From Hormiphora californensis (taxonomy: Eukaryota; Animalia; Ctenophora), in the NCBI GenBank assembly GCA_020137815.1, contig CM035360.1, positions 2,666,001 to 2,730,000 of the forward strand: DNA of 64,000 nt. Reading direction: 5' to 3'. How positions within the stretch are numbered: position 1 is the first letter of the stretch; every line of letters begins with the position of its first letter. A program made the position numbers and the translations under genes. Shown here one piece after another: positions 1-11,439 of the stretch. The notes below the pieces were generated by a model. The model saw only the letters and a list, made by a program, of their open reading frames with translations. It was not told the DNA's origin and searched no databases.

Positions 1-705
1 TCAATTTCGGAAAAAAAATTCTATGTTAATTTTGCCGTACGAATCGTGTTGCGAATCGGTGATGCTATGCGGCAGTGCTCTCACTAATTAGCAGGATTTA
101 TTGAAACATGAATCGTTTCCCCTAAACTTCCTAATTAGATTTGATGGGGGATCACGTATCAGCATAATCCATCTCGGACCCACTAATTAGCAACATCACT
201 CCCGCTTAGCAATACCGATTCGAAACACGATTCGTACGCAAAAATTGACATAGAAAATTTTCCATAAAATTGACTTTGAAATATTTTCCAAACTTTTTTA
301 CAAAATTTCAGAGAATGATTCTTAACACCTTGATCGGTGCTCTCCATGAATTTTTTGAAAAAAAAGTTTCTGAATTTGTTGACCCTCTCATGAGGACACG
401 ATTCGACGGGAAGTCAGGTATCAAATCAATCCATATCGAACCCACTAACTAGCGAAATCATTTCCACATAGCACCACCGATTCGAAATAGGGTTAATACG
501 GCGAAATTGACATTGAAATCCATACAATTTTCGTGAAATAATTGAAAAATTTTGCATGAAAAAGCCCGATTTCTGGGCATTTTTTGACCAAAAAATTCGG
601 TGGTTCGGCCAAAATTTCCTACCGAACCGAACCGAACCGAACCGCCCAAAAAACACCGAATTTCCGAACCGAACCGAACCGAACCGAATATTCGGTCGCT
701 TCCTG
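1..705. mobile_element. Right part of a hAT-like non-autonomous element with an internal imperfect palindrome (1-273) and (CCGAA)n subterminal repeats
   Basis: Ends in ...TTCGGTCGCTTCCTG, similar to the TIR of the hAT-type MITE at 42850. CCGAA repeats at 620-690. Bases 1-95 are the imperfect reverse complement of 181-273. Confidence 0.55.
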
Positions 706-1350
706 CTACTGACTACTCATAGCATAGGGCGATAACAGGCATCGCTGCTATTATTTAGTTGTTACAATAACGTAGGGGCCATAGGCACCAACGCCCAACC
801 GGTATGGCATTTTTGTGAAGGAATGGTCTGACCTGCTCAAGAAACGTTTATAATAGCGAAGGGACAAATTCAGCCATTATTTATTTAGTTACCTTAACTA
901 AGGGGAGAGAGAAAATAAAATACCGAGTAACCGAGAGGTCGAGATGCGAGAAAAGGAAGCATACGTGCTAATCGCTGATTGGTAAACGTACTAAACCAAA
1001 TATTTCTGGACCTACTCTCACTTTAACCCCAATGACCTTTAATTCTGCAATAAGTTTGGACGTTGTTTCACTTTCACCTCTATGTAATATGTCTGGACCT
1101 ACTTTCACTTTCAGAAAATCATTTGGAGAGAGAAAAGTCAATTTCAGAAGACGAGGTAGGTAGTCAGTAGGTAGGTAATCGGTAGGTAAGTAGTCAGTAG
1201 GTAGGCAGCCATTAGGTTTACACAAAGTGAAACATGTTTATTAATTTTTTAAATGCGTTCGAAATTAAGTATTTGAATTTAAATATAGAGAATAATTTGT
1301 GATTCCACTCCAGAAGGTTCCTATTTCTTCTTTCCGTCAATTCCTCCAGT

Positions 1351-1782
1351 TTAGTCGAACTCCTCCATGGCCTCCTCGATGACGTCATTGATCTTCTCTG
1401 CGGCTTTCCTGGTCTCATCGTAGACATCCTCAAGGAAGTCGTAGTCGTCAGTCACCAACTGTCGGCCAATTTTAGCGATGATTGCATAAGCGTTCTCGGC
1501 AATGTCCTCAACAATCTCGTCAAGATCCCTCACAAACTCCCCACAAAGATCTTCAGCCTCGTCAATACCACTGGGGCAATCCTTGTACCCATCACAGAAC
1601 CAGCTGTAGGGATAACAGGGAGGGTCGCTATAGTATTCTCTGTAGGAGGGACACACGAAACATTCCGAGTTGTTACCTCGCTTCTCCAGCTCCAGGTTAT
1701 CAGCTCGTTTCTTGTAGTCCACAACGGATGCGGAGAGGGCACAGGTAGCGAGGACGCCAATGAAGATTGCCAGTTTCATCAT
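1351..1782 (-). CDS. Secreted protein with signal peptide, dibasic KR sites, one LDL-receptor class A module and an acidic helical tail
   Basis: MMKLAIFIGVLATCALSA signal peptide; YKKR and EKR sites; C..C..CYPYSWFCDGYKDCPSGIDE..C matches the LDL-A consensus WxCDGxxDCxxGxDE; single-exon ORF. Confidence 0.75.
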   Translation of the reverse strand: MMKLAIFIGVLATCALSASVVDYKKRADNLELEKRGNNSECFVCPSYREYYSDPPCYPYSWFCDGYKDCPSGIDEAEDLCGEFVRDLDEIVEDIAENAYAIIAKIGRQLVTDDYDFLEDVYDETRKAAEKINDVIEEAMEEFD

Positions 1783-1825
1783 GATGAGAGTAGTAGTTGG
1801 GTGAGAAATAAGTGGTTGTTGGAGG

Positions 1826-1832
1826 TTTTATA
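1826..1832 (-). promoter_or_regulatory. Candidate TATA box of the LDL-A gene
   Basis: TATAAAA on the minus strand about 45 bp upstream of the ATG at 1782. Confidence 0.4.
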
Positions 1833-2285
1833 CCTGTTTTAGGGACAAAGAAGCTGGAAAGACAAAGGCACTAGGCAGGATGGGAGAGAAGAGTTCTAAA
1901 ACTGCACGTGGGTACTGCACAAAGAACCACTGATGAGTGCACTATTATTTTCATATTTTTGATGAAATCTGAGCTTTTTGGAGTTTTCCAACTAATGCTA
2001 GCACTTTTTCCATACTAGCATTGTTCTTTTTCAATATAACTCCTTTTACTTCAATGGGCAGTTCTTGAGGTGAGGTACGCCTAGTACACTTTTCGGTAAG
2101 AGGAAGGTCATGTAAAACTAAATGAGTGGAGTATGGGTGTAGAGCGGTTGAGAAAAAAACGATTTGGATCGATAAAACATAACCGTTTTCGGTTTTCTTT
2201 AGTCAGTTTAGTTAAATGATGTAAAAACCCTTCTAAGTTCTAATAAATTTAAAAAAATCAGTCTTTTTATGTAAAATGCATCTTT

Positions 2286-3219
2286 TTACGACCCAGCAAC
2301 GGCAGCCCGCTCGACCAAACCCATCTCCTTGACACCATGTTTCTCCTCCAGCTCAAAGCTCTCAAATGTCTCATACCAAACGGGAGCCATGTCATCCGCA
2401 GAATGGCAGACCTGCTGAACACCCCCCAGAACCAGTCGGTGTGAAAACAGAGGACAATCAGTTACCAACGACTCATATTCCCCACCCTCACCACAAACAT
2501 TAAACCCAAACTTCTTGTTGATTCCCCTGAAGTGGCCAATAAGCTGATCCGCAGTGCTGCCCAGGTGGTCTCTTCCCAGACCAATACTGGCAACTTTAAT
2601 TATCCGTATTGTAAACCCTGATTCGATCATCTCTGCCAGCAAAGGATCTTGGTCCCGCTGCCATAGTGGGGCTATACTGACTAGGCCTAACCTCTCACAG
2701 ACTCTCTCAACTCGGTTCTTTTGGTATGTCGAAAAGATGGCCCCACTACACACGGCGGTGCAGCCGGTCTCGGATTTAACACGAGAGAGAAGGTGGTAGA
2801 GGTCTTCAACTTCGTCATTTGGTGTGTCTGTGTATGATAGATCCTGGGTAACGGCAACTCCTGTGGGAAAGTAAGGCCGTTAGTTTGTAGAAATGGAGAA
2901 AAAAACAAGACATTTTTTCATGCAATCTGTAGTTTTATAATTAAAATTGGCGTTAATAAGATGAATCATTTTTGAACTTACCCGATGTGGACCCCTGGTA
3001 CAATTTAATTCCCAGTGCAGTCTCCAAAGACTTGACAACATTGTGCCCGACAGTCTGGTACATGTAACTGTCCATCTCCTCCTGCCCCTCCACCGGGGTT
3101 AGATGTGCCAGGGCCACTATTTTGTGACCCTTCTTCAGACACTTGTAGATGGAAAATGTGCTGTCTTTCCCTCCACTGACAAGCGCCACAATTTTGTGTG
3201 GATTTTCATGGCCATTCAT
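2286..3219 (-). CDS. DPH6: Diphthine--ammonia ligase, 2 exons (3219-2982, 2860-2286)
   Basis: PP-loop VALVSGGKDS, DSYMYQTVGH, DEVEDL, GAIFSTYQKNRVERVCERLGL and CGEGGEYESLVTDCPLF motifs. A GT-AG intron at 2981-2861 joins the frames. Confidence 0.93.
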
Positions 3220-3456
3220 ATTCTAAAATTATTTCCTGTAGAAAGTAAAAAGTACAGGACATCAAAACCCTTCCCCGACCCTAATCAGCTAAGCATCCCG
3301 GTAACTCGGGGCCCGACTGTAATTGCCGATCATCCACATAAACCCTTGCCTAGCTCGACCCTATTTCCATGCGCTCCAGGTTCAGCTCTCTAAAGATGGG
3401 AATGGTTAGCCCGTTATGAGAGTGCCCATACAATATTCTTCTTCTTCAACAAGTGT

Positions 3457-4945
3457 CAGGGCGATATCGCCGACACAAGGAAAAGAGGCCCCCTCCCAGG
3501 GACGGCGCTGGGCCTTTGGGCTTTGGCCCAGCAAGTCCCTGGGTGTGCGGGGCCAGGGGCGGTAGCCTCGGTCAGGGGGTGAAAACCCACATAAGCATGG
3601 TCCAGGGACGTAGGTAGGGGGCGGAGCCCTGCAGGCAGTGTGCAGGAGCTGTATTTTTAGGCGTTTTTAAACGATTTTAGTCATTTTTTGTCTTTTTGGC
3701 CTGAGCTGGGGGGCGCCGTTACGATCTGGGTGTTTGGAGGCCTGTTTACAGGTGTGCGCTGCCAAAAAAGTTGATTCACTAAAATGGCTCTAACCGCCAA
3801 ACCACTCAACCGTTTTGGCTGATTCAAAGTTTATCTGGTAGGGAATGGCAAGGCCTAACCCCAACCCAAACCCCAACCCTAACCCTAACCCTGCTTTAGC
3901 CCTAACCCTAAAAAACCGTTTGTCAGCACTCCCAAAACACCCAGATTTTAACGCCGGCCTGAGCTGGGTGTCCGCGGCCCGGAGTATATTGCACGCGCAA
4001 AAAAAGTTAAATATATTATACGTCGTATTTAACGTAACGCGCGAACTGTGTACAATTCGCGCGGTGTCGATTTTTCGTCACTCGAATTTACTTTTTTTGA
4101 CGCGACGTCCGCGGCGGGCGCGATTATAATCTGGGTGCCTTGCAGCCTGTTTACAGGTGCGTGCTGCCAAAAGAGTATACTTAGACCGACTTTTTTCAAA
4201 CGGCTATAGCCACGCAACCACATGGCCAATTTGAGTAAACTAAACGGCAACTGATAGAGAATCGATAGCCCTAACCGATAACCCCAAACCAAACCCTAAC
4301 CAGACCCTAACGGATAGCCCTAACCCGTCGCGCGCGCTAAAACTACGAATTGTTAGCAATGAAAGGCACCCAGATTTTAACGTTTTCCGTCCGCGGCGGG
4401 CGCCGTTACGATCTGGGTGTTTGGAGGCCTGTTTACAGGTGTGCGCTGCCAAAAAAGTTGATTCACTAAAATGGCTCTAACCGCCAAACCACTCAACCGT
4501 TTTGGCTGATTCAAAGTTTATCTGGTAGGGAATGTCAAGGCCTAACCCCAACCCAAACCCCAACCCTAACCCTAACCCTACTTTAGCCCTAACCCTAAAA
4601 AACCGTTTGTCAGCACTCCCAAAACACCCAGATTTTAACACTGGCCGTCCGCGGCCACGTCGGCCGGCGTTGAAAAACGCTGCGTTTGCCAACGTCCGGC
4701 GTTAAAATCTGGGTGTTTCGTGAGTGCTGACGGTTTTTTAGGGTTAGGGCTAAAGTAGGGTTAGGGTTAGGGCTGGGGTTTGGGCTGGGGTTAGGCCTTG
4801 ACATTCTCTACCAGATAAACTTTGAATTAGCCAAAACGGTTGAGTGGTTTGGCGGTTAGAGCCATTTTAGTGAATCAACTTTTTTGGCAGTGCGCACCTG
4901 TAAACAGGCCACGAAACACCCAGATCGTAACGGCGCCCGGCCGCG
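3457..4945. mobile_element. Composite repeat: hAT-like GC-rich end followed by a ~250-bp module containing telomere-like (CCCTAA)n, present as direct copies (3705-3960, 4390-4640) and an inverted copy (4700-4940)
   Basis: Near-identical module copies are visible; another copy lies at 49925-50200. 3570-3690 resembles the hAT end region at 46900-46990. Confidence 0.6.
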
Positions 4946-5060
4946 TCGAGTGGCCTTCTTTTCTCACAACCTTCCGCCCTTGAAGAGCGAGGCCTTATCT
5001 TATTATTATTATAATGGGATCTGATCAGGATTAAATAGGGAGGAAACTAGAAAAATATCT

Positions 5061-6527
5061 GGCGAGGTAGCTTAAGGGTACGCTAACCAAAATTTTTTTT
5101 CGAGTGCAGGGAAATCTCTCACCGTAGGGTTGTAGGCCATGCCAAGGAGACCTCAAATATGCAATTTGAGCTCTCAAGTCGAATTCATATTTTTGCTACA
5201 GCTGCTTGAAAAATGAACTGAAAATAAGTTTTTGGCATCTTAAAAATACATTTGTAAAGATAGGATCATAAAAATTTGTGGATTTGAAGAGGACATAAAG
5301 GTGAATAACCACAAAAAAATTTTTTGCAATCCGAGCTGATTTCCGGTCCTGAAATGGATTTCTTTTTTTCCACTTTAACGCCCTATTTGGCAAAGTTCCG
5401 AAAACATGTGAAAGCTGTAAATTGGTGAAAAGTTGCGTCTAACGATTATCTAAGTGGCCATAAATTTTGGGCGTGTCCTTATTTGAGATAAGCTGTACAG
5501 AGTTTTTTTTGTGAAAGCCGTCATTTCAGAAATAAATAAATTCCCTGTATCTCAAAAACGGCTGATCGTAGAGACCTGAGACTATGCTTAAACGATTCAG
5601 AAGGTCCGATTTTGGGGGGGTCTTCTGAGAGACATTTTGCTCCTACTTCAACCGTTTTTGCTGTAATTGCGAAAAACAAATTCTATGGAAAGGGCAAAAG
5701 CTAAACTCCAATATCCTGTAATTAGGGAATTTTGGCTAAGAAAGGACCGAAACTATGGAAAAATGTGTAACAAGCTAATTCCTTCACTATTTGGTCCATA
5801 TGGGTCCCTATAATCACCAAAAACAAAATCACAAAAAATCCACGATGGCGAAGATGGGTTTTTGTTTTTCGCAATTACAGCAAAAACGGTTGAAGTAGGA
5901 GCAAAATGTCTCTCAGAAGACCCCCCCAAAATTGGACCTTCTGAATCGTTTAAGCATAGTCTCAGGTCTCTACGATCAGCCGTTTTTGAGATACAGGGAA
6001 TTTACTTATTTCTGAAATGACGGCTTTCACAAAAAAAACTCTGTACAGCTTATCTCAAATAAGGACACGCCCAAAATTTATGGCCACTTAGATAATCGTT
6101 AGACGCAACTTTTCACCAATTTACAGCTTTCACATGTTTTCGGAACTTTGCCAAATAGGGCGTTAAAGTGGAAAAAAAGAAATCCATCTCAGGACCGGAA
6201 ATCAGCTCGGATTGCAAAAATTTTTTTTGTGGTTATTCACCTTTATGTCCTCTTCAAATCCCCAAATTTTCATGCTCCTATCTTTAAAAAAATTTTTTGA
6301 GATGCCAAAAACTTATTTTCAGTTCATTTTTCAAGCAGCTGTAGCAAAAATATGAATTCGACTTGAGAGCTCAAATTGCATATTTGAGGTCTCCTTGGCA
6401 TGGCCTACAACCCTACGGTGAGAGATTTCCCTGCACTCGAAAAAAATTTTTGGTTAGCGTACCCTTAATAGGCTAGAGAAATGTACATGTAATGCAGAGG
6501 TTGTCGGTTCGAGCCCGGCCCTCGCCA
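5061..6527 (+). pseudogene. tRNA-like sequence (TGT anticodon, Thr-like), 74 nt when 5061-5075 and 6469-6527 are rejoined; split by a foldback insertion
   Basis: Acceptor stem GGCGAGG/CCTCGCC, D-arm TAGCTTAATAGGCTAGAG, T-arm GTCGG-TTCGAGC-CCGGC, downstream T-run. The anticodon stem is imperfect. Confidence 0.65.
5076..6464. mobile_element. 1.39-kb foldback/MITE with ~600-bp inverted arms and TTAA target duplication (Kolobok-like termini)
   Basis: TTAA|GGGTACGCTAACC ... GGTTAGCGTACCC|TTAA; arms 5076-5680 and 5861-6464 are nearly identical. Confidence 0.85.
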
Positions 6528-6949
6528 GTTTTTTAGTTTCCTCCCTATTTAATCCTGATCAGATCTCATTATAATAATTGTCTACTTGAGGTTTCTGCAA
6601 TAGGTTGGCTCATGGGCTTGGTGACTGGTGTCTCCTGTTGTGGGCCGTCTTCTGTGTGTCTCCTGGAGGACCTTAAACTTTTTTGCAGATCTTTTTAGCC
6701 GAGTTCCATGATGGATATACGAGGTTACTACTTCGGTATTGTACTACTTTGGAGGTTAGCTCTGTGACCAATCTCTATCATAAGAGAGAGATGGACGTTG
6801 AAATGGTTGTTCGTTCAGTGAGCTGGTAAGAATCAGCGTGCTTCTTATAGTTTAGTTTAAAATAAATGGAACGAGAAACAGTGAGAATTAATAAATAATT
6901 GTACCACCTCGTTCGGACTGGTCAGATCTCATTATAATAATTGTCTACT

Positions 6950-9900
6950 AAAAAAAGGAAGAAAAGAATATACACACGCACTCGCACACACACGCACTCA
7001 CACACACACACATACATACACACACACCCACTCACACGCGCTCACACACACTCACACCCCCGCACGCACACACACACACACAAAAAACGGACACACAACA
7101 CACACGCATACAATCACCCACGCGCGTACACGCACACACGCCCACTCGGACTCACAATCACCCGAAAACACCAAAAAACGCTCCCACTAAACTCTAACGA
7201 GACTGCAATAATGCACAAAAAAAAATCACCAACTAACACAGTACATACCGGTCAAGCCCACACACGTACACACACACACACACACACGTACACACACACA
7301 AACACACTCACACGCACACCCAAGCATGCAGGTAGAGTTAGATAAACGTGGGCTGCAACTCTTCACCGGACATGAAGATTTATCAGTGGAACCGGTTCTT
7401 CGCCCTGAGGCAGTTAGCCGGGCCCAGGACTTTCAGATCTATGTGTGCGACATGCGGCCAGAAATTTGTTGAGTGGTGTGATCAGTTCGGGATTGAAGAT
7501 GTGTGATGTGCTTTTGGATTTGAGTGATATTTGGAGAAGTTCTGGCGTGTTCTTTCTCAGTTCCTCGTACTCGGGACAGTCAAATAGAGCGTGTGTTTCA
7601 TCCTCAAAGATAGGGTCCGCCATAGGTAGCTGGTTGAGAGTAACGGCGTTTGATCTGTCAACACAGTAACGGCATGTGCGCAGGTCACCCGTGTAACGAC
7701 CTGTTTCGATAAGGAGGTCGTGAGCACTGAGTCTCAGTTTGGCGACGTGTGTTCTGTCTTGTCTTCGTAGATCCAGGTATTGGGAGTATCCATACTCTTG
7801 TTTAATCGTGTTGAAGAAACTGAGTTTGGATTGGGTGCTGCGCAGTGCGTCCCAGTGGTGAACATGTTGATGTTCAAGTTGGTCTCTGCCGCCTATCCTT
7901 AGGGTGGAGTCCCAAAAGTCAAACCACTCCAGGTTGAGAGTGCGTTGTTCACGGACGGCAAGGGCGAGTAGAGATGAGTCTTGGTCATCTGATGCTTTAG
8001 ACAGGGCTCTAATGAAATATTTCGAGCACTGCTGATGGACCGAGATTGATAGGGGTGCTCTTCCCGTTTCTCCGTACACTGCCGTGTTGGTTGTTTTGCT
8101 GTGCACACCCAGTACCCATTTGAGAAATCCAAGGTGTACTCGTTCAAAATGATCGGTAGATAGTCTCTTGAAGTATCCTTTATGGTCTAGATGATCTCCT
8201 CTGGTTCTCGCTCTTGCCGCTTGAGTGGTGGGTAGCCACACCTGTACTCCGTAAGTTAGGATGGGAGCAATTAGGTGGTCGAATAGCTTCATCAGACTCC
8301 AGCCCGAGAGAGCCTGTGAGTTTATTGTACGTTTGAGAACTAGACATGCACGTTTCCCTTTGGTTGATAGGTTTTCAATTGCTGGTTTGAGGGAACCTGT
8401 TGCGGAGAAGATCAGGCCCAGATAGCAATAGTGCTTGGTTGGTTGAAGGGATTTGTTATTTAGCTTGAATCCATAGCTTTCCGGTAGAAGTCTGCCCTGT
8501 TTGTTAAAAACTAACACCTGGGTTTTGTCAATATTAACTTCAAGTTCCCACGTCCTAGTGTAGTGACCCAGGGTGTCTAGAAGAGACTGTAAAGAAGTCT
8601 TGTTGAGAGCCAGGACCACAATGTCGTCCGCCCACATCAGGTTATTGGTTGGCTTGTTGTCAAGTTGGGGGAAAGTTCCTGGTGTTTCGTTGAGAAGATG
8701 GGATAGCTCGTGAACAAACATTTTAAATAGTTCGGGGGATAAGGGGTGCCCCTGTTCGGTGCCGATTAGGACGCAAAACGACTCAGACAGTTTGTCCGCC
8801 AGCCTTATGCACGTAGTTGATCCCTCGTACATATTCTGGAGACAGGAAAAGAAGTTACCGCCGACCCCCATGTCCGCTAGCTTTTTTAAGAGGCCTTGCC
8901 TGCAAACGCGGTCAAAGGCTTTTCGCATGTCGATAAAGCATGAGTACACCTTGACCTTCTTTTTCTTGAGATATTTGTCCAAAATGGTCTTCAGAACTAG
9001 GAGATGATCTGAAGTTTGTCCTCCTTTGCAAAAGCCTAGCTGGTTAATAGTATCTGGACAAACTTTCGCCCTGAATGATATGAGGCGGCTAAGCAATATT
9101 GATGAGAATAGCTTACCAAGACAGCTACCGAGTGTTATGGCACGGTAATTGTCTGGATCCTCTTTGTCACCTTTTTTGTGTAGAACGGTTGTAACTGAGG
9201 CATTCCATGGGTAGCAACCTGTTCTGAGACAGCCGTTTAGATGCTTAAGAGTGAGAGCGTTCATATCACTAGATAGATTTTTAAGCATTTCGTTCCTTAT
9301 TAGATCAAGGGAGGCACTTTTGTTAGATTTCAGAGAAGAGATAGCTTCTTTGAGTTCCTCTTGAGTAATAGATCTGTTGAGGATCTCCAGTTCAGCTGGT
9401 GTTGGTGCATTGCTAGAGATCAACTTGTCCGGGTGATCTTCAGATTGCTTGAGACATTTACTTGAGTACAAGTTCTTGAAGAAGACAAAGAAATTATGTA
9501 GATCCAGTAGATCGAATTGATCGGTTTGGCTATTTTCTCTTTTGAGTCTCTTGAAGGCCGTCCAGTCGATGGTTTTACAGTTCTCCACTTTGGCATTGAG
9601 TTCGAATAGAAAACTATACTTTTTTGACCGTATTGTTCGTCTATACTCCCTCTTGGCATTGTAAAACTCGGTACGAAGTTGAGGGTTACTGGGATGTCTG
9701 GAAAGGCGCCGGGAGGCGTTCCGGAGCTTCGTCCTGAGAAGCCAGCAGTCATCGTCAAACCATTTGGATTTCCCGGGAAGTGATTTGGATCTCGCCAGCG
9801 CTGTATTGGCCGCTTCAGTAAGAATATGCGTCACTTGGTGGTTTAGATCCGCTGCATCGCCCTTGGTGTTAATCGGCTTCTCCAGGAGTAACTTTACTTT

Positions 9901-10030
9901 TGCTGATGTTTCCTTGCTATTTAGCGCTGTGAGAAATGCTGTTCCAGAGGTTTGGTCTTTAGCTTGCCATTTGAACCCCTTGGGTGCTGTTTTGGCTGGT
10001 TTGTCTGAGTCAAACAGGTTTTTTATTTGA
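6950..10030 (-). mobile_element. 5'-truncated non-LTR retrotransposon (RTEX-like); RT ORF open from ~10030 to 7414, with a (TG)n-rich 3' region
   Basis: NYRAITL, FIDMRKAFD, QGHPLSP, WADD, YCYLG motifs; C-terminal RLSAHDLLIETGRY..C..C..EDETH..C. The endonuclease domain is absent. Confidence 0.9.
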
Positions 10031-10034
10031 CTAG

Positions 10035-10803
10035 GACACGATCTATAAAACCCCTGATTTTACCCTTCATCGGAAGATACCTATCCGTGGTGCTAAAGTT
10101 CTAACGGCTCCAATGTGGCTGGGTGACTACACACTTCTCACCGTCCAGAGCACTCTGAACGTATACTCAGTGGTGACTGGGAAGAAGGTGTCTCTTGGTA
10201 AAAAGATTGAAGGGAGATACAATAAGACAGCAATACTAAATGACCCTGTTTCTGGCAGGAAATCGTTGATTAGTTTCGACCGGGATTCAGAAAGGTTGAA
10301 AAAACAGGTCATCCGAGGACACGCACCAGTGGAAGGTAGTAAGGGGGAAATCGAGGATTGCTACAATGCCAAAACTCTCACGCCCAAGACTTTCGCCCTT
10401 GAAGGTAAGCCTACCCAGTACCCAGACAGCTGAACCTGGATATCACACGTTGTTTACCCACATTCCGAACCGGGTGTTTGCTTTCAATTCACGGACTGAG
10501 GAAATCGTCGAGTTTGATCTTGATCTCACGAAACTGCGTGAAATATCCCTTCACACACTACTGGGTGTAACTTCTATATCTAGCATTAGGGCAGCTAATG
10601 ATGGTCTATTTGTTATATCTCACGACGCCAAGGCCTTCATCTGGGACCCGGTATCAGGCTTGTTCATGGTTACACCCACGGAGGGAATAAAGTGCCACGG
10701 ATCCGGCATGAGCGATGCTTGGACTTTCTCCTGGAAAAAAGGAGGGAGGCCGGTTATTGTGTTGACGAATGATATTGCCTCTATGGTCATCAAGAGGTTC
10801 TAG
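10035..10803 (+). CDS. Orphan coding region, possibly beta-propeller-like; two frames joined by a putative 25-nt intron (10405-10429) or a frameshift; 5' end abuts the LINE
   Basis: Stop-free frames 10035-10404 and 10430-10803 with globular composition. No family recognised. Confidence 0.45.
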
Positions 10804-10939
10804 AAACATGATCGTTGTATCTGGTGTAACAAGGGGTGTAACTTTTGGTGTAACTTGTGGTGTAACAAGGGGTGTAACAAGGTGTAACTGTTCGAAACCA
10901 ATCATTTTTTTGTAATCAGCTTATTTTTAAACAATACAT

Positions 10940-11152
10940 AAATTAACTTATTAACTTAGCAACCTATTAACTTATTAACTTATTAACTTAGCAACCTATT
11001 AACTTATTAACTTATTAACTTATTAACTTATTAACTTATTAACTTATTAACTTATTAACTTATTAACTTATTAACTTATTAACTTATTAACTTATTAACT
11101 TATTAACTTATTAACTTATTAACTTATTAACTTATTAACTTATTAACTTATT
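10940..11152. repeat. (TTATTAAC)n 8-bp tandem repeat
   Basis: More than 20 directly visible units. Confidence 0.9.
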
Positions 11153-11439
11153 ATAAACACAATTAACTCTTTCTAATCATGTAACTTATGCAAACCTGCC
11201 AAATCCCTTTTAACAGTTTCTATTTTTTATTCAATGATGTTATATGGCGTATTTAGTTTAATATTTCTAGCAGCTTGTTTTTCTCCATACATCACCTCCC
11301 CCCTCTAAAACCAAATAATCCCCCAAAATAAAACTAATAGACCGTATACCCCCCTCTTGATAGCAATATCACCACCTCCTCTTGATATCAATAACATAGC
11401 TGATAGCAATAACATTGCACCACCTCCTCCCACAGTACT

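Noticed and set aside
3346-3433. Possible sixth micro-element copy (TTGCCTAGCTCGAC...)
   Set aside because: The left end matches, but the right end is not recognisable and there is no TSD.
3845-4804. PNPNPN / GLGLG ORFs and a possible true telomere
   Set aside because: Short degenerate interstitial CCCTAA runs inside a dispersed repeat.
6941-7345. His/Thr-rich 134-aa ORF
   Set aside because: Translation of a (CA)n-rich tract in the LINE 3' region.
7340-7413. Possible hammerhead ribozyme after the RT stop codon
   Set aside because: A CTGATAA-like motif is present on the minus strand, but there is no GAAA core in the required position.
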